Below are positions 48,884-59,121 of a stretch of DNA of 64,000 nt, piece after piece. Numbering within the stretch: the stretch's first letter is position 1; every line of letters starts with the position of its first letter. The translations under genes were made by a program, and so were the position numbers. The notes beneath the pieces are model-generated. The model did not search any database and was not told the DNA's origin. It saw only the letters and a program-made list of their open reading frames with translations. Source of the stretch: an uncultured delta proteobacterium (GTDB taxonomy: Bacteria > Myxococcota_A > UBA9160 > SMWR01); the NCBI GenBank assembly GCA_963832165.1, contig CAWHTE010000001.1, positions 672,001 through 736,000 of the forward strand, written 5' to 3'.

Positions 48884-49348
48884 ATGGCGGCGAACGCGCC
48901 CGCGCAGAGCTTCAACCACATCGCGATGAGCGTTTCCGCGGAGCTGCTCGGCGCAGAGGGGCGCGCGTCGCTGCTCGACTTCTTCGGCGAGGTGTTCGGC
49001 TGGACCGAGATGCCCACGCTCTCCGAGGACGGCCGCCGGCTCGTGCTGCGCGCGCACAGCAACGAGCAGTTCGTGTTCCTGGTCGCGGGCGACGAACCGA
49101 TGCGCTGTCCGAGCGGCGATCACTTCGGCCTCTCCGTGCGCACCCCCGCCGAGCTCGATGCGATCCTCGAGCGCGCGCGCAAGTACCGCGAGCGCGACCC
49201 GCGCGTCGAGATCGACGACAAGACGATCGAGGACTACCACGTGCTCCAGCTCCACAGCTTCTATGTGGGCTACCGACTGCCGCTCAAGGTCGAGGTGCAG
49301 TGCTACGCATGGGCGGACGGGGTCGGGCCGCAGAGCATGCCTCGCTAG
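48884..49348 (+). CDS. VOC/glyoxalase-fold protein
   Basis: FNHIAM, FFGEVFGW, DHFGL; paralog of 23130-23588. Confidence 0.6.
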   Translation: MAANAPAQSFNHIAMSVSAELLGAEGRASLLDFFGEVFGWTEMPTLSEDGRRLVLRAHSNEQFVFLVAGDEPMRCPSGDHFGLSVRTPAELDAILERARKYRERDPRVEIDDKTIEDYHVLQLHSFYVGYRLPLKVEVQCYAWADGVGPQSMPR

Positions 49349-50430
49349 TGCGCACGAGTGCCGCCGCGGCATGCGCGGTGGTCTGGTGCGCGCTGGCCGC
49401 GCAGCCCGCGTCGGCCCACCGGCTCGCGCCGTCGCTCCTCTCGATCGAGGAGCGGGCAGACGGCGCGATCGCGGTTCTGTTCAAGATGGCGCGCCAGCAG
49501 CCGATCGGCGCCGAGATCGCGCCCGAGCTCCCCGATCGGTGCGCGCCCAGCGAGCGCCCGCGCGCCGAGACCGACGAGCAGAGCATCACCGTGCGCTGGA
49601 CCGCGCACTGCGGCGCCGCGGGCATCGTCGGCGCGCGTTTCGGCGTGAGCGGGCTCGCCGAGTCGGGCACCAACGCCCTGCTGCGCATCGCGCTGCGCGA
49701 TGGCCGCCGCGTGCAGGCGGTGCTTCATGCCGATGCGCCGTCGCTCGTGGTGCCCGAGCGCGCGTCGGCGACCGGTGTGTTTCGCGACTACCTGCGGCTC
49801 GGCACACTCCACATCGCGGGCGGCGCCGATCACCTGTTGTTCGTGTTCGGCCTCGTGCTGCTCGCGAGCAGCACGAGGCGGTTGCTCTGGACGGTGACCG
49901 CGTTCACCGCCGGGCACAGCGTCACGCTTTCTCTGGCAGCGCTCGGCGTGGTGCGTTTCCCGACCGCGCCGATCGAGGTGGCGATCGCGGCGACGATTCT
50001 CGCGCTCGCGCTCGAGCTCGCGCGCGGCGAGCCCGCAAAGCCGCCGATCACGCAAGGAGGCCGACTCGAAGAGTCGGCCGACGCGCAGCGAGCCGAAGGC
50101 GAGCGAAGGCGGGCCCCTGCAAAGGAGGGCGTGCTGCGCCGCCGCCCCTGGGCCGTCGCGTTCGCATTCGGACTTTTGCACGGCTTCGGCTTCGCGGGCG
50201 CGCTCGCCGAGATCGGGCTGCCGCAGGAGGAGATCCCCGTCGCGCTGTTCTCGTTCAACCTCGGGATCGAGCTCGGTCAGGTCGCCTTCGTGGCGATCGT
50301 GCTCGCGCTGCGTCGACTGCTCGCGCCGGCGCGCGCGCGCGCTCCGGCGTGGCTGTCGCGCGCGCCGGTGACCGCGATGGGCGCGCTCGCCGTCTACTGG
50401 TGTCTCGATCGCAGCACGGGGATGTTCTGA
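49348..50430 (+). CDS. HupE/UreJ family protein with an in-frame repeat insertion
   Basis: AH signal end, HIAGGADHLLF, TAFTAGHSVTL, FGLLHGFGFA, FNLGIELGQ. Confidence 0.88.
   Translation: MRTSAAAACAVVWCALAAQPASAHRLAPSLLSIEERADGAIAVLFKMARQQPIGAEIAPELPDRCAPSERPRAETDEQSITVRWTAHCGAAGIVGARFGVSGLAESGTNALLRIALRDGRRVQAVLHADAPSLVVPERASATGVFRDYLRLGTLHIAGGADHLLFVFGLVLLASSTRRLLWTVTAFTAGHSVTLSLAALGVVRFPTAPIEVAIAATILALALELARGEPAKPPITQGGRLEESADAQRAEGERRRAPAKEGVLRRRPWAVAFAFGLLHGFGFAGALAEIGLPQEEIPVALFSFNLGIELGQVAFVAIVLALRRLLAPARARAPAWLSRAPVTAMGALAVYWCLDRSTGMF
50052..50110 (+). repeat. Palindromic repeat inside a CDS
   Basis: GCAAGGAGGCCGACTC-GAA-GAGTCGGCCGACGCGCAGCGAGCC-GAA-GGCGAGCGAAGGC; closely matches 26294-26348. 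Confidence 0.82.
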
Positions 50431-50468
50431 TCGATCTCTGGTAGGCTTCGCGGCGCTGGAGGAAGGCG

Positions 50469-50897
50469 ATGCCTTGGTGGGGATGGCTCGCACTCGGTGC
50501 GGCGCTGCTAGGCGCCGAGATCGTGGTATCGACGGACTTCTGGCTCGCCACGGTCGGCGCAGCGGCGCTGCTGATGGGGCTCGTGCTGCCGCTGATCGAA
50601 GACGATCCGCGCGCGTGGGTGCAGTGGGTCTGCTTCGCCGCTCTCGCTGTGCTGATCACCGGGTTGTTCCGGCGTCGGCTGCACGAGCGGCTGGTCGGCA
50701 GCGCGCCCGGCCTCACGCCCGAGCTGGTCGGAGAGTCGGGCGTTGCGCTCGAGGCGATCGCGCCTGGCGCGCAGGGATCGGTGGAGCTGCGCGGCACGAC
50801 CTGGAAGGCGCGCAACGTCGGTAGCGAGACGCTCGCGGCGCGCGCGACCGTGCGCGTCACGGCCGTGCGCGGGATCCTGCTCGAAGTTCGAGGATGA
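50469..50897 (+). CDS. NfeD family protein
   Basis: N-terminal TMs plus GSVELRGTTWKA; upstream of the SPFH gene. Confidence 0.85.
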   Translation: MPWWGWLALGAALLGAEIVVSTDFWLATVGAAALLMGLVLPLIEDDPRAWVQWVCFAALAVLITGLFRRRLHERLVGSAPGLTPELVGESGVALEAIAPGAQGSVELRGTTWKARNVGSETLAARATVRVTAVRGILLEVRG

Positions 50898-50916
50898 CCG
50901 CAATGGAGGAGTTCGC

Positions 50917-51849
50917 ATGGAGACCCTGATCGGTGTCGGTGTCGTCGTCGCGCTCGTGGTGTTCGTGATCGCGAAGACTGCGATCGTGGTGCCGCAGCAG
51001 AGCGCCTTCGTGGTGGAGAACCTCGGGAAATACAGCCGCACGATCCACGCGGGCTTCCACATCCTGGTGCCGTTCATCGAGCGCGTCGCCTATAAGCACT
51101 CGCTCAAGGAGCGCGCGGCCGACATCCCCGAGCAGGTCTGCATCACCAGGGACAACGTCCAGGTGGGCGTGGACGGCGTGCTCTATCTCCAGATCCTCGA
51201 CCCGCAGCGCGCGTCGTACGGAATCGGAAACTACGAGTTCGCGATCTCGCAGCTCGCGCAGACCACGCTGCGCAGCGAGATGGGCAAGATCGAGCTCGAC
51301 CGCACGTTCGAGGAGCGCGCCGCGATCAACGCCTCGATCGTCTCGGAGCTCGACAAGGCGTCGGCGCCCTGGGGCGTCAAGGTGCTGCGGTACGAGATCA
51401 AGAACATCAACCCGCCCGAAGATGTGATCTCGGCGATGGAGAAGCAGATGCGCGCCGAGCGCGAGAAGCGCGCGGTGATCCTCGAGTCCGAGGGCCGGCG
51501 CGACGCCGCGATCAACACGGCGGAGGGTGAGAAGCAGAAGGTGATCAAGGCCTCGGAGGCGACGCGGCAGCAGAATATCAACGAGGCCGAAGGCCAGGCG
51601 CAGGCAATCCTGGCGGTGGCCACGGCCACGGCCGAGGGGCTCCAGCGCGTCGCGGCTTCACTCGGGAGCCCGGGCGGCGATGCCGCGATGCAGCTGCGGA
51701 TCGCCGAGCAGTACATCCGCGAGTTCGGAAACCTCGCGAAGGCGGGCAACACCTTCGTGGTGCCCTCGAACCTGTCCGACATCGCCTCGATCATCGCGCT
51801 CGCGACGGGCGTGACGAAGGGTGGCAACGGAAGCGTGCAGCCGCGCTAG
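50917..51849 (+). CDS. SPFH/stomatin-like protein (QmcA-like)
   Basis: ITRDNV, AQTTLRS, WGVKVLRYEI, QMRAEREKRA. Confidence 0.92.
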   Translation: METLIGVGVVVALVVFVIAKTAIVVPQQSAFVVENLGKYSRTIHAGFHILVPFIERVAYKHSLKERAADIPEQVCITRDNVQVGVDGVLYLQILDPQRASYGIGNYEFAISQLAQTTLRSEMGKIELDRTFEERAAINASIVSELDKASAPWGVKVLRYEIKNINPPEDVISAMEKQMRAEREKRAVILESEGRRDAAINTAEGEKQKVIKASEATRQQNINEAEGQAQAILAVATATAEGLQRVAASLGSPGGDAAMQLRIAEQYIREFGNLAKAGNTFVVPSNLSDIASIIALATGVTKGGNGSVQPR

Positions 51850-51929
51850 GCGTTTGCCGCGCGGCCCTCGGGGAAGGTTCTACTCCCTAACTCTCTGTAT
51901 CACCTCGCCTTTGCATTTCCCCCAGGAAA

Positions 51930-51946
51930 TCTGATATACCGTCAGA
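51930..51946. promoter_or_regulatory. Palindromic operator abutting the tetR start
   Basis: TCTGA-N7-TCAGA, 1 nt before ATG; TTGCAT at 51911. Confidence 0.55.
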
Positions 51947-51947
51947 A

Positions 51948-52607
51948 ATGGCCGATCCCGCTCGGACGCCGCCGCTCGATCGCCCGCTCGACCAGTCCGG
52001 GCGCGAGCTGGGTCCGCGCGCGCTCCAGACCCGGCAGAAGCTGCTCGACGCCACCGCTCAGCTGCTCGCGCGCCAGAGCGTGCGAGACGTCTCGGTCGTC
52101 GACATCGCGCGCACCGCGGGCACCTCACCGGCGACCTTCTATCAGTATTTCAAGGAGGTCTCCGAAGCGACGCTGCGGCTCGCCGAGCAGGCCGCCGACG
52201 AGATGCCCGAGATCCTCCACATCATCTCGGGCTCGTGGGAGGGGGACGCCGGGCTCGACCGCGCGCGCCGCCTCGTCGACGCCTTCGTGTGCCACTGGGA
52301 CGAACACCGCGCGGTGCTGCTCGTGCGCAATCTCGCCGCCGACGAGGGCGACCGCCGCTTCCTGCGCGTGCGACAGAAGGCGATGACGCCCGTGCTCGCG
52401 CGTCTCGCGGAGCAGGTGATCGCGGGTCAGAAGGCCGGCCGCGTCGACGCGGCGATCGTGCCGCAGGCGGCCGCCGCAGCGCTGGGCGCGATCCTCGAGC
52501 GGCTCGCGGCCTATCACCGCGAGCTCGAGATGGTCGGGGTCCGGCGCGAGGATCTGGTCGAGACCTGCGCGCGCATCGTGCTCCTGACCGTGCGCGGCGC
52601 GGCGTAG
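51948..52607 (+). CDS. TetR family regulator
   Basis: SVVDIARTAGTSPATFYQYF. Confidence 0.9.
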   Translation: MADPARTPPLDRPLDQSGRELGPRALQTRQKLLDATAQLLARQSVRDVSVVDIARTAGTSPATFYQYFKEVSEATLRLAEQAADEMPEILHIISGSWEGDAGLDRARRLVDAFVCHWDEHRAVLLVRNLAADEGDRRFLRVRQKAMTPVLARLAEQVIAGQKAGRVDAAIVPQAAAAALGAILERLAAYHRELEMVGVRREDLVETCARIVLLTVRGAA

Positions 52608-52612
52608 GGGGC

Positions 52613-52990
52613 ATGTCCGGCTTCTCGCTGCGCGAGCGCGCGCAGAGCTTCGTCGATGCGGGCCGCGGCATCGCGCGGCTGCTCGCGGACGAGCCGAACG
52701 CGCGGATCCATGCGCTGGCTTCGGTCGCGGCGGTCGCGCTCGGCGTCTGGCTCGACCTCACTGCCGGCGAGTGGTGCTGGATCGCGCTCGCGATCGCGCT
52801 GGTCTGGGTGGCCGAGGCGCTGAACAGCGCGCTCGAGTCGCTCGCCGACGCAGTGCATCCCGAGCGCGATGCACGCGTGGGCCGAGCCAAGGACGTCGCC
52901 GCGGGCGCCGTGCTCGTGGCCGCGATCGCGGCCGCGGTGATCGGCGCGCTGATCTTCGGCCCGCGACTCGTCGCGCGGCTCTCCGCCTAG
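52613..52990 (+). CDS. dgkA: Diacylglycerol/undecaprenol kinase family protein
   Basis: EPNARIH, EALNSALE, AKDVAAGAV. Confidence 0.85.
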   Translation: MSGFSLRERAQSFVDAGRGIARLLADEPNARIHALASVAAVALGVWLDLTAGEWCWIALAIALVWVAEALNSALESLADAVHPERDARVGRAKDVAAGAVLVAAIAAAVIGALIFGPRLVARLSA

Positions 52991-53005
52991 CGAATCGAGG
53001 GGGTC

Positions 53006-53422
53006 GTGGCCGATCAACCGTTCCGGGTGCTGCCGCGCGTGACGCCGAACAACGAGCACTTCTGGCGCGGCGGCGCCGAGGGCCGGCTGCAATTCCTGCG
53101 CTGCAAATCGTGCGCAACCTGGATCCATCCGCCGTCGCCCGTCTGCCCGAGCTGCTACCGCAAGGAGACCCTGGTGGCCGCCGTCTCCGGGCTCGCGACC
53201 GTCGCGACGTTCACGCTGAATCACCAGCCCTGGGTCCCGTCGCCCGATCATCCCTACGTGGTCGCGATCGTGGAGCTCGACGAGCAGCGCGGACTGCGCC
53301 TGATGACCAACGTGATCAACTGCCCGCCCGAGTCGGTGAAGATCGGCATGCGCGTGCGTGTCGTGTTCGAGCAGCGCGATGACGTCTGGATTCCGCTGTT
53401 CGAGCCCGCGGAAGAGGCGTGA
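53006..53422 (+). CDS. Zn-ribbon/OB-fold (DUF35) protein
   Basis: CKSC...CPSC, PYVVAIVEL, IGMRV. Confidence 0.9.
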   Translation: MADQPFRVLPRVTPNNEHFWRGGAEGRLQFLRCKSCATWIHPPSPVCPSCYRKETLVAAVSGLATVATFTLNHQPWVPSPDHPYVVAIVELDEQRGLRLMTNVINCPPESVKIGMRVRVVFEQRDDVWIPLFEPAEEA

Positions 53423-54618
53423 TGGAGGTGCTCGAACGCCGCGCCGCGATCACGGGCATCGGGCAGTCCGAGGTCGGGCGCCGGCTCGGGCGCAACCCGC
53501 TCGAGCTCACGCTCGACGCCTGTCTCGCCGCGATCGCCGACGCGGGCCTCACCCCGCGCGACATCGACGGGCTCGCGACCTATCCCGGCGCGGGCGGCGG
53601 CGGGCCCGGCTTCTCGGGCGCCGGTGTCACCGATGTGCACGACGCGCTGCGCCTCGAGCTGAACTGGTTCACGGGCGGCATCGAGCGGCCTGGCCAGCTC
53701 GGTGCGGTGATCGATGCGTGCGCCGCAGTCGCCACGGGCTTCGCCACGCACGTGCTCTGCTTCCGCTCGGTCTGGGAGGGCACCGCGCAGGGGAAGGGAC
53801 GCCGCGGCGGCATCGGCGTGGGCGACGCGGGCCCCGGCTTCCGGGCCTCGGGCACCATGCTGGAGTACACGCTGCCATTCCGCGCCTACTCCGCGGCGAA
53901 CTGGATCGCGATGTACGCGCAGCGGCACTTCCACGACTACGGGACCACGCGCGAGCAGCTGGCGTGGATCGCACTCAACGCGCGCCGCAACGCCGCCGGA
54001 AACCCGAATGCGATCTACCGCGAGCCGCTCTCGCTCGACGACTATCTCTCGGCGCGCATCGTGTCGACGCCGTTCGGTCTCTACGACTGCGACGTGCCCT
54101 GCGACGGCGCTACTGCGATGATCGTCTCGCGCGTCGAGCGCGCGCGCGATCTGCGCCGGCCGCCGCTGCGCGTCGAGGCGACCGGGTCCGCCTTGCGCGG
54201 ACGACCCTCGTGGGACCAGTTCGACGACCTGACCACGATGGCGCTGCGCGATGCCGCGAAGATGCTCTGGGAACGCACCGATCTGCGCCCGAGCGACGTC
54301 GACGTCGCCGAGCTCTACGACGGCTTCAGCTTCATCGCGCTGGCCTGGCTCGAAGCGCTCGGCTTCTGCGGCAAGGGAGAGGGCGGGCCGTTCATCGACG
54401 GCGGCTCGCGCATCGCGCTCGACGGCGAGATTCCGCTCAACACGAACGGGGGTCAGCTCTCGGGCGGCCGGCTGCATGGCTTCGGCTTCCTGCACGAAGC
54501 GTGCGTGCAGCTCTGGGGCGATGGCGGTGCGCGTCAGGTGCCCGGCGATCCGCAGGTTGCCGTGGCCGCCGCGGGCGGAGGTCCGCTCGGCGGATGTCTC
54601 TTGCTCACGCGCTCCTGA
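53419..54618 (+). CDS. Thiolase family (SCP-x type) protein
   Basis: ITGIGQS, DCDVPCDGA, ELYDGF, NTNGGQLS. Confidence 0.9.
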   Translation: MMEVLERRAAITGIGQSEVGRRLGRNPLELTLDACLAAIADAGLTPRDIDGLATYPGAGGGGPGFSGAGVTDVHDALRLELNWFTGGIERPGQLGAVIDACAAVATGFATHVLCFRSVWEGTAQGKGRRGGIGVGDAGPGFRASGTMLEYTLPFRAYSAANWIAMYAQRHFHDYGTTREQLAWIALNARRNAAGNPNAIYREPLSLDDYLSARIVSTPFGLYDCDVPCDGATAMIVSRVERARDLRRPPLRVEATGSALRGRPSWDQFDDLTTMALRDAAKMLWERTDLRPSDVDVAELYDGFSFIALAWLEALGFCGKGEGGPFIDGGSRIALDGEIPLNTNGGQLSGGRLHGFGFLHEACVQLWGDGGARQVPGDPQVAVAAAGGGPLGGCLLLTRS

Positions 54619-54625
54619 TCTCGAC

Positions 54626-55351
54626 CTAACCCACCACGAGCGCTGCGAGCGAGCCCGGCTCGAGCTCCTCGCGCGCGCGCAGAGCCACGAGCTTCCCGCG
54701 CCGCATCACCGCGACGCGCTGCGCCACCGCGAGCGCGGTTTCGAGGTCGTGACTCACGAACAGGATGGCGAGCTGCTCGGAGGAGAGCCGATTCACGAGC
54801 TCCACCACGCGTGCGCGCTCGCCGGGGCCCAGGGCGGCGGTGGGCTCGTCCATCAACAGCACGCTCGCCTCGAGCCGCAGCGCGCGCGCGATGGCGACGA
54901 GCTGACGCTGCCCACCCGACAGCCGCGACACCGGCTCGCGCAGCGCATCGAAGTCCGGCGCGACGCGGTCGAGCAGCGCGCGCGCCGCGCTCTCCATCGC
55001 GGGCTCGTCGAGCAGCCCGCTCCGGGTCCGCGGCTCGTGGCCCAGGAATACGTTGGCGGTCGCATCGAGGTTGTCGGCCAGCGCGAGGTGCTGATGCAGC
55101 GTGGCGATCCCCGCGAGCTGAGCGTCGCGCGGCGAGCGCAGCGCGACCGCCCGGCCGCCCACGCGTACCTCACCGGCGTCGCGGCGCAGTGCTCCCGACA
55201 GGAGCTCCACGAGCGTCGACTTGCCCGCGCCGTTGTGGCCGACCAACGCGACCACCTCACCCGCGCGCACGGAGAGATCCACCGCGTCGACCGCGGTGAC
55301 GCCGCCGAAGTGCTTCGTGAGACCCGCGATCGCGAGCGCGGGCTCGCTCAT
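54626..55351 (-). CDS. Sugar ABC transporter ATP-binding protein
   Basis: GHNGAGKST, LSGGQ, LLMDEPT. Confidence 0.92.
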   Translation of the reverse strand: MSEPALAIAGLTKHFGGVTAVDAVDLSVRAGEVVALVGHNGAGKSTLVELLSGALRRDAGEVRVGGRAVALRSPRDAQLAGIATLHQHLALADNLDATANVFLGHEPRTRSGLLDEPAMESAARALLDRVAPDFDALREPVSRLSGGQRQLVAIARALRLEASVLLMDEPTAALGPGERARVVELVNRLSSEQLAILFVSHDLETALAVAQRVAVMRRGKLVALRAREELEPGSLAALVVG

Positions 55352-56496
55352 CGCTCGGCCCCCCGCGCGCGCGTGTCCGCGGCCACCGCCGCGAGCAGCA
55401 CCAGTCCGATCACCACCTGGCGCAATGCGCTCGTCACGTCGAGCAGCACCATGCCGTTCTCGAGACTCTGCATCCAGAGCGCGCCGAGCAGCGCGCCGCC
55501 GACGCTCCCGCTGCCGCCCGCGAGCGACGTCCCGCCCAGCACCGCCGCCGCGATCACCGAGAGCTCGGCCCCGGTTCCCATCGAGTTGGTGCCCGCGCCG
55601 AGCCGGGCCGTGGTGAGCACCGCGGCCACGCCCGCGAGCGCACCCATCAGCGCGAACGCGCGCAGCGTGACGCGGCGCACGTCGATGCCTGCGAGCTCGG
55701 CTGCGAGCGGATTGCCGCCGATCGCGAATACGTGGCGGCCGAAGCGGGTGCGCGTCGCCAGCACGTGCATGCCGAGCGCGACCGCGCCGAGCACGAGCAC
55801 GGGAAACGGGAAGCCTGTGGCCGATCCGTCCGGACCCGGAACGGCGTTGGCGATCGCGGCGAATGCGAACAGCGCGACGAGCGCGAGCAGCGCGCCGAGC
55901 AGCGGGCGCGCGCTCTGCGGCGAAGCGCGCCAGCGTACCGCGACGACCGCGGCGCCGACCGCGCCCGCGACGCACCAGGTGGCGGTCGCGCCGATCGCGC
56001 CGTGCAGTCCGCCGCCGATCCGCGCGTAGCCGTCGTCGAGCGGCGCGAGTGTGCGGCCGTCGCTCACGAGCCAGGCCGCGCCGCGGAAGATCAACAGACC
56101 CGCGAGCGTTGCGACGAACGAAGGCAGCCGCGCGTAGGCCACCCAGGCCCCGTGCCACGCGCCGATCGCGAGTGCGAGGGCGCCGCCCGCGAGCAGCGCG
56201 ACAGGCCACGGCAGCGGCGAATCGAGCAGCCCCGCCTCCACCTGCAGGCCCGCGATCACCATGCCCGTGAAGCCGAGCACGGACCCCACCGAGAGGTCGA
56301 TCTGGCGCGCCGCGATCACGAGCACCATCCCGGTCGCCATCACGCCGACCGCGCTCGCCTGCACGGCGAGATTCACGAGATTGCGGGGCGACAGGAACAG
56401 GCCACCGCTCACGGCGGCGAACGCGATCCACAGCGCGGCGAGCGCGAGCAGCATCGCCCGCACGCGCGAACGCGCCGCGCCGGCGGCGGCGTTCAC
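55348..56496 (-). CDS. xylH: Sugar ABC transporter permease (XylH-like)
   Basis: [31 protein letters not shown]. Confidence 0.85.
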   Translation of the reverse strand: MNAAAGAARSRVRAMLLALAALWIAFAAVSGGLFLSPRNLVNLAVQASAVGVMATGMVLVIAARQIDLSVGSVLGFTGMVIAGLQVEAGLLDSPLPWPVALLAGGALALAIGAWHGAWVAYARLPSFVATLAGLLIFRGAAWLVSDGRTLAPLDDGYARIGGGLHGAIGATATWCVAGAVGAAVVAVRWRASPQSARPLLGALLALVALFAFAAIANAVPGPDGSATGFPFPVLVLGAVALGMHVLATRTRFGRHVFAIGGNPLAAELAGIDVRRVTLRAFALMGALAGVAAVLTTARLGAGTNSMGTGAELSVIAAAVLGGTSLAGGSGSVGGALLGALWMQSLENGMVLLDVTSALRQVVIGLVLLAAVAADTRARGAER

Positions 56497-57572
56497 CTCG
56501 GGTCGCGGCACGCGGGTGGAGCCTGCGGACCCGGCGCGACGCCGCGGCATACCGATTCGCGGCTCGTCCAGCCCGCCTCGATCACGCGCTCGAGATTCTC
56601 GCGCGTGATCGCCACGGGCTCGAGCAGCAGCGCCGGAACGCGAAGGCCCCGCGGCGTCGTGAACGGAGCAGCGCCGGCGATCTGCTCGGCCCGCGTGCCT
56701 CGCGCGAGCGCGACGCTGACCTCGGCTGCGGCGCGGCCGAGAGCGCGGCTGTCCTTCCACACGCTCACCGTCTGGCGGCCCAGCGCAATCCGGTTCAGCG
56801 CTGCGCGATCGCCGTCCTGACCCGACACCGGAACGCCGGACAGGCCCGCCGCCGCGAGCGCGGCCGCCACCCCACCGGCCATGCCGTCGTTGCTACACAC
56901 GACGGCGTCGACCCGACCGCCGCTCCGGGTGAGGATCTGCTCCATCACGCGCTGCGCCACCTCGGGCAGCCAGCCGTCGACGTACTGATCCCCTACGACC
57001 TGCACGCGCCCCGCGGCGATCGCGGGGCGGAGCACATCGAGCTGGCCCGCGTGCACGAACTCCGTGTTGGGATCCTGCGGCGAGCCCTTGATGAACGCGT
57101 AGCGCCCGCGCGGCGCCGCCGCGAGCACCTGCTCGGCCTGGATCCGGCCGACGCGTCGATTGTCGAACGAGAGGTAGAACACACCCGGAGATTCGATCAG
57201 CCGGTCGTAGGCGACCACGGGAATACCCGCGGCGCGTGCGCTCGCGAGTGCGGGGCCCAGCGCGTCGGGGTCATGGGCAACCACCACGAGCACGTCGGCG
57301 CCGCGCGTCACGAGATTCTCGATGTCGCTCTGCTGCTTCTCGGGCGAGCTCTGTGCGTCGGCGGAGAGGTAGCGCGCGCCGCGTTCGCCGAGAGCCGCTA
57401 CGAGGGCCGCCTCGTCGATCTTCCAGCGCTCCTCCTGGAAGTGCGACCACGAGACACCGACCGCGACCGGTTCGCCGTGTGCCGGTGCCGCCGAGCTCGA
57501 TTGGGAGGAGAGCAGCGCCGCGATCAGCGCGAGAGCCGCGACGCACACGCGGGACGAGGAGCTCCGGCACAC
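56493..57572 (-). CDS. xylF: D-xylose-type ABC substrate-binding protein (start uncertain)
   Basis: [43 protein letters not shown]. Confidence 0.82.
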   Translation of the reverse strand: MCRSSSSRVCVAALALIAALLSSQSSSAAPAHGEPVAVGVSWSHFQEERWKIDEAALVAALGERGARYLSADAQSSPEKQQSDIENLVTRGADVLVVVAHDPDALGPALASARAAGIPVVAYDRLIESPGVFYLSFDNRRVGRIQAEQVLAAAPRGRYAFIKGSPQDPNTEFVHAGQLDVLRPAIAAGRVQVVGDQYVDGWLPEVAQRVMEQILTRSGGRVDAVVCSNDGMAGGVAAALAAAGLSGVPVSGQDGDRAALNRIALGRQTVSVWKDSRALGRAAAEVSVALARGTRAEQIAGAAPFTTPRGLRVPALLLEPVAITRENLERVIEAGWTSRESVCRGVAPGPQAPPACRDPR

Positions 57573-57630
57573 GGGACCCCGCAGGCTAACACAGCTACCT
57601 TGCCGCCCTCGACCGCGCGGGAGGCACGGC

Positions 57631-58452
57631 TTGGAGTTCGCCGCGTCCGATCTCGCAGTGCTGTGCGCCACGCTGCTGTTGGCGGGACTCGTCGCGGGCG
57701 TGCTCGCGGGCCTGCTCGGCGTCGGCGGCGGAATCGTCGTGGTGCCCGTGCTCTACCACGGCTTCAGCCAGCTCGGTGTGGCTCCCGAGGTGCGCACGCA
57801 CGTCGCGGTGGCGACCTCACTCGCGACCGTCGCCGTCACGGCGCTGCGCTCCGCACGCAGTCATCACGAACGCGGAGCCGTCGACATGCAGATCCTGTCG
57901 GCGTGGATTCCCGCGGTCGCGGTGGGCAGCATGTTCGGAACCGCACTGGTCGCCGCGCTCGGCGGGCGCGCACTGACCGGCGTGTTCGGCACGATCGCGC
58001 TGCTCGTCGCGTTGCACATGGCGTTTAGCCGCGAGAGCTGGCGGATCGCGGACGCGCCGCCGTCCGGCTGGGCGCGCCTGCCGCTGGCCGGTTTCGTGGG
58101 GTTCGTGTCGGCGATGATGGGGCTCGGTGGTGGAACAGTGGGGGTTCCCACACTGACGCTCTTTGGTGTCGCCATGCATCGCGCCGTGGGCACGGCGGCG
58201 GGACTCGGATCGGCGATCGCCGTGCCCGGCGCGATCGGGCTCGCGATCGCGGGGATCGGAGCCGCGGGAAGGCCGCCTGGCTGCATCGGCTATCTGAACG
58301 TCTTCGGCTTCGCGCTGATCGCGCCCACCACGTGGCTCGCCGCGCCGCTCGGGGCGCGCTTTGCGCACGCGATCTCACAGACGACGCTGCGGCGCGGATT
58401 CGCGTTCTTCCTCGGACTCGTCGCGCTGCGCATGCTGCTCGGTCTTCGTTGA
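57631..58452 (+). CDS. TSUP (TauE/SafE) family transporter
   Basis: GLLGVGGG and MMGLGGG motifs, multi-TM. Confidence 0.88.
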   Translation: MEFAASDLAVLCATLLLAGLVAGVLAGLLGVGGGIVVVPVLYHGFSQLGVAPEVRTHVAVATSLATVAVTALRSARSHHERGAVDMQILSAWIPAVAVGSMFGTALVAALGGRALTGVFGTIALLVALHMAFSRESWRIADAPPSGWARLPLAGFVGFVSAMMGLGGGTVGVPTLTLFGVAMHRAVGTAAGLGSAIAVPGAIGLAIAGIGAAGRPPGCIGYLNVFGFALIAPTTWLAAPLGARFAHAISQTTLRRGFAFFLGLVALRMLLGLR

Positions 58453-58532
58453 GGCAATTTGCCCCTTCACTCCGGTGTGCATTGCACTTCCAGCTGCGCA
58501 TGCGGGCGTTATGCTAGCCACGAGTCCCCACA

Positions 58533-59120
58533 GTGGAGTCACTCGTGGCCGAGCCCAACCTCCGGCGCATCGAGACAGCGATTGCGAAGCTCGCCGCAGC
58601 GCAGTCGATTCTCGCGGAGCGCCTAGCACGCCTCGAAGGCCGCGAAATTGCGCACCCTTTGCCCGCGTCGCCGCGCGATCGCGTGATCTTGTTCCTCGAT
58701 CAGTTTCGCGCGGGCGAGGCTTTGAGTGAGCTGTCACTCGGTGCGTGGATTTCGGTGTGCAAGGACTCGGAGCTGCGCGGCGTGCTGCGTGCGGTGCAGA
58801 CGCGCGAGGGCAGTCACGCGCGGCTGCTCGCCGAGCGCATCAAGGAGCTCGGCGGTGCGTCGCATTACGAGATTTCCGAGGAGACCTACAGCCAGGTGAT
58901 GAACGGGTCAGCGAGCCTCGAGATCAGCGACGCCGAGAAGGTGCGCGCATTCGTGCAGCGCAACTCGGACCCGGTGCTCGCGCTCGCGTCGATCCACGCG
59001 GTCGCTGATGGCCTGGACGACGACCCGGAGACCCAGTCGATGCTGCGCGCGATCGGGCAGGACGAGCTCGCCACGCTCGAGCTGTTCTACGCCGCTTACG
59101 AGCGCATGGAACGCGGCTGA
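58533..59120 (+). CDS. Ferritin-like domain protein
   Basis: AGEA...REGSH; second motif QDELAT. Confidence 0.5.
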   Translation: MESLVAEPNLRRIETAIAKLAAAQSILAERLARLEGREIAHPLPASPRDRVILFLDQFRAGEALSELSLGAWISVCKDSELRGVLRAVQTREGSHARLLAERIKELGGASHYEISEETYSQVMNGSASLEISDAEKVRAFVQRNSDPVLALASIHAVADGLDDDPETQSMLRAIGQDELATLELFYAAYERMERG

Positions 59121-59121
59121 T

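Noticed and set aside
54626..57572. Xylose-type ABC transporter as a novel system
   Set aside because: Ordinary three-gene transporter; catabolic genes may lie elsewhere in the genome.
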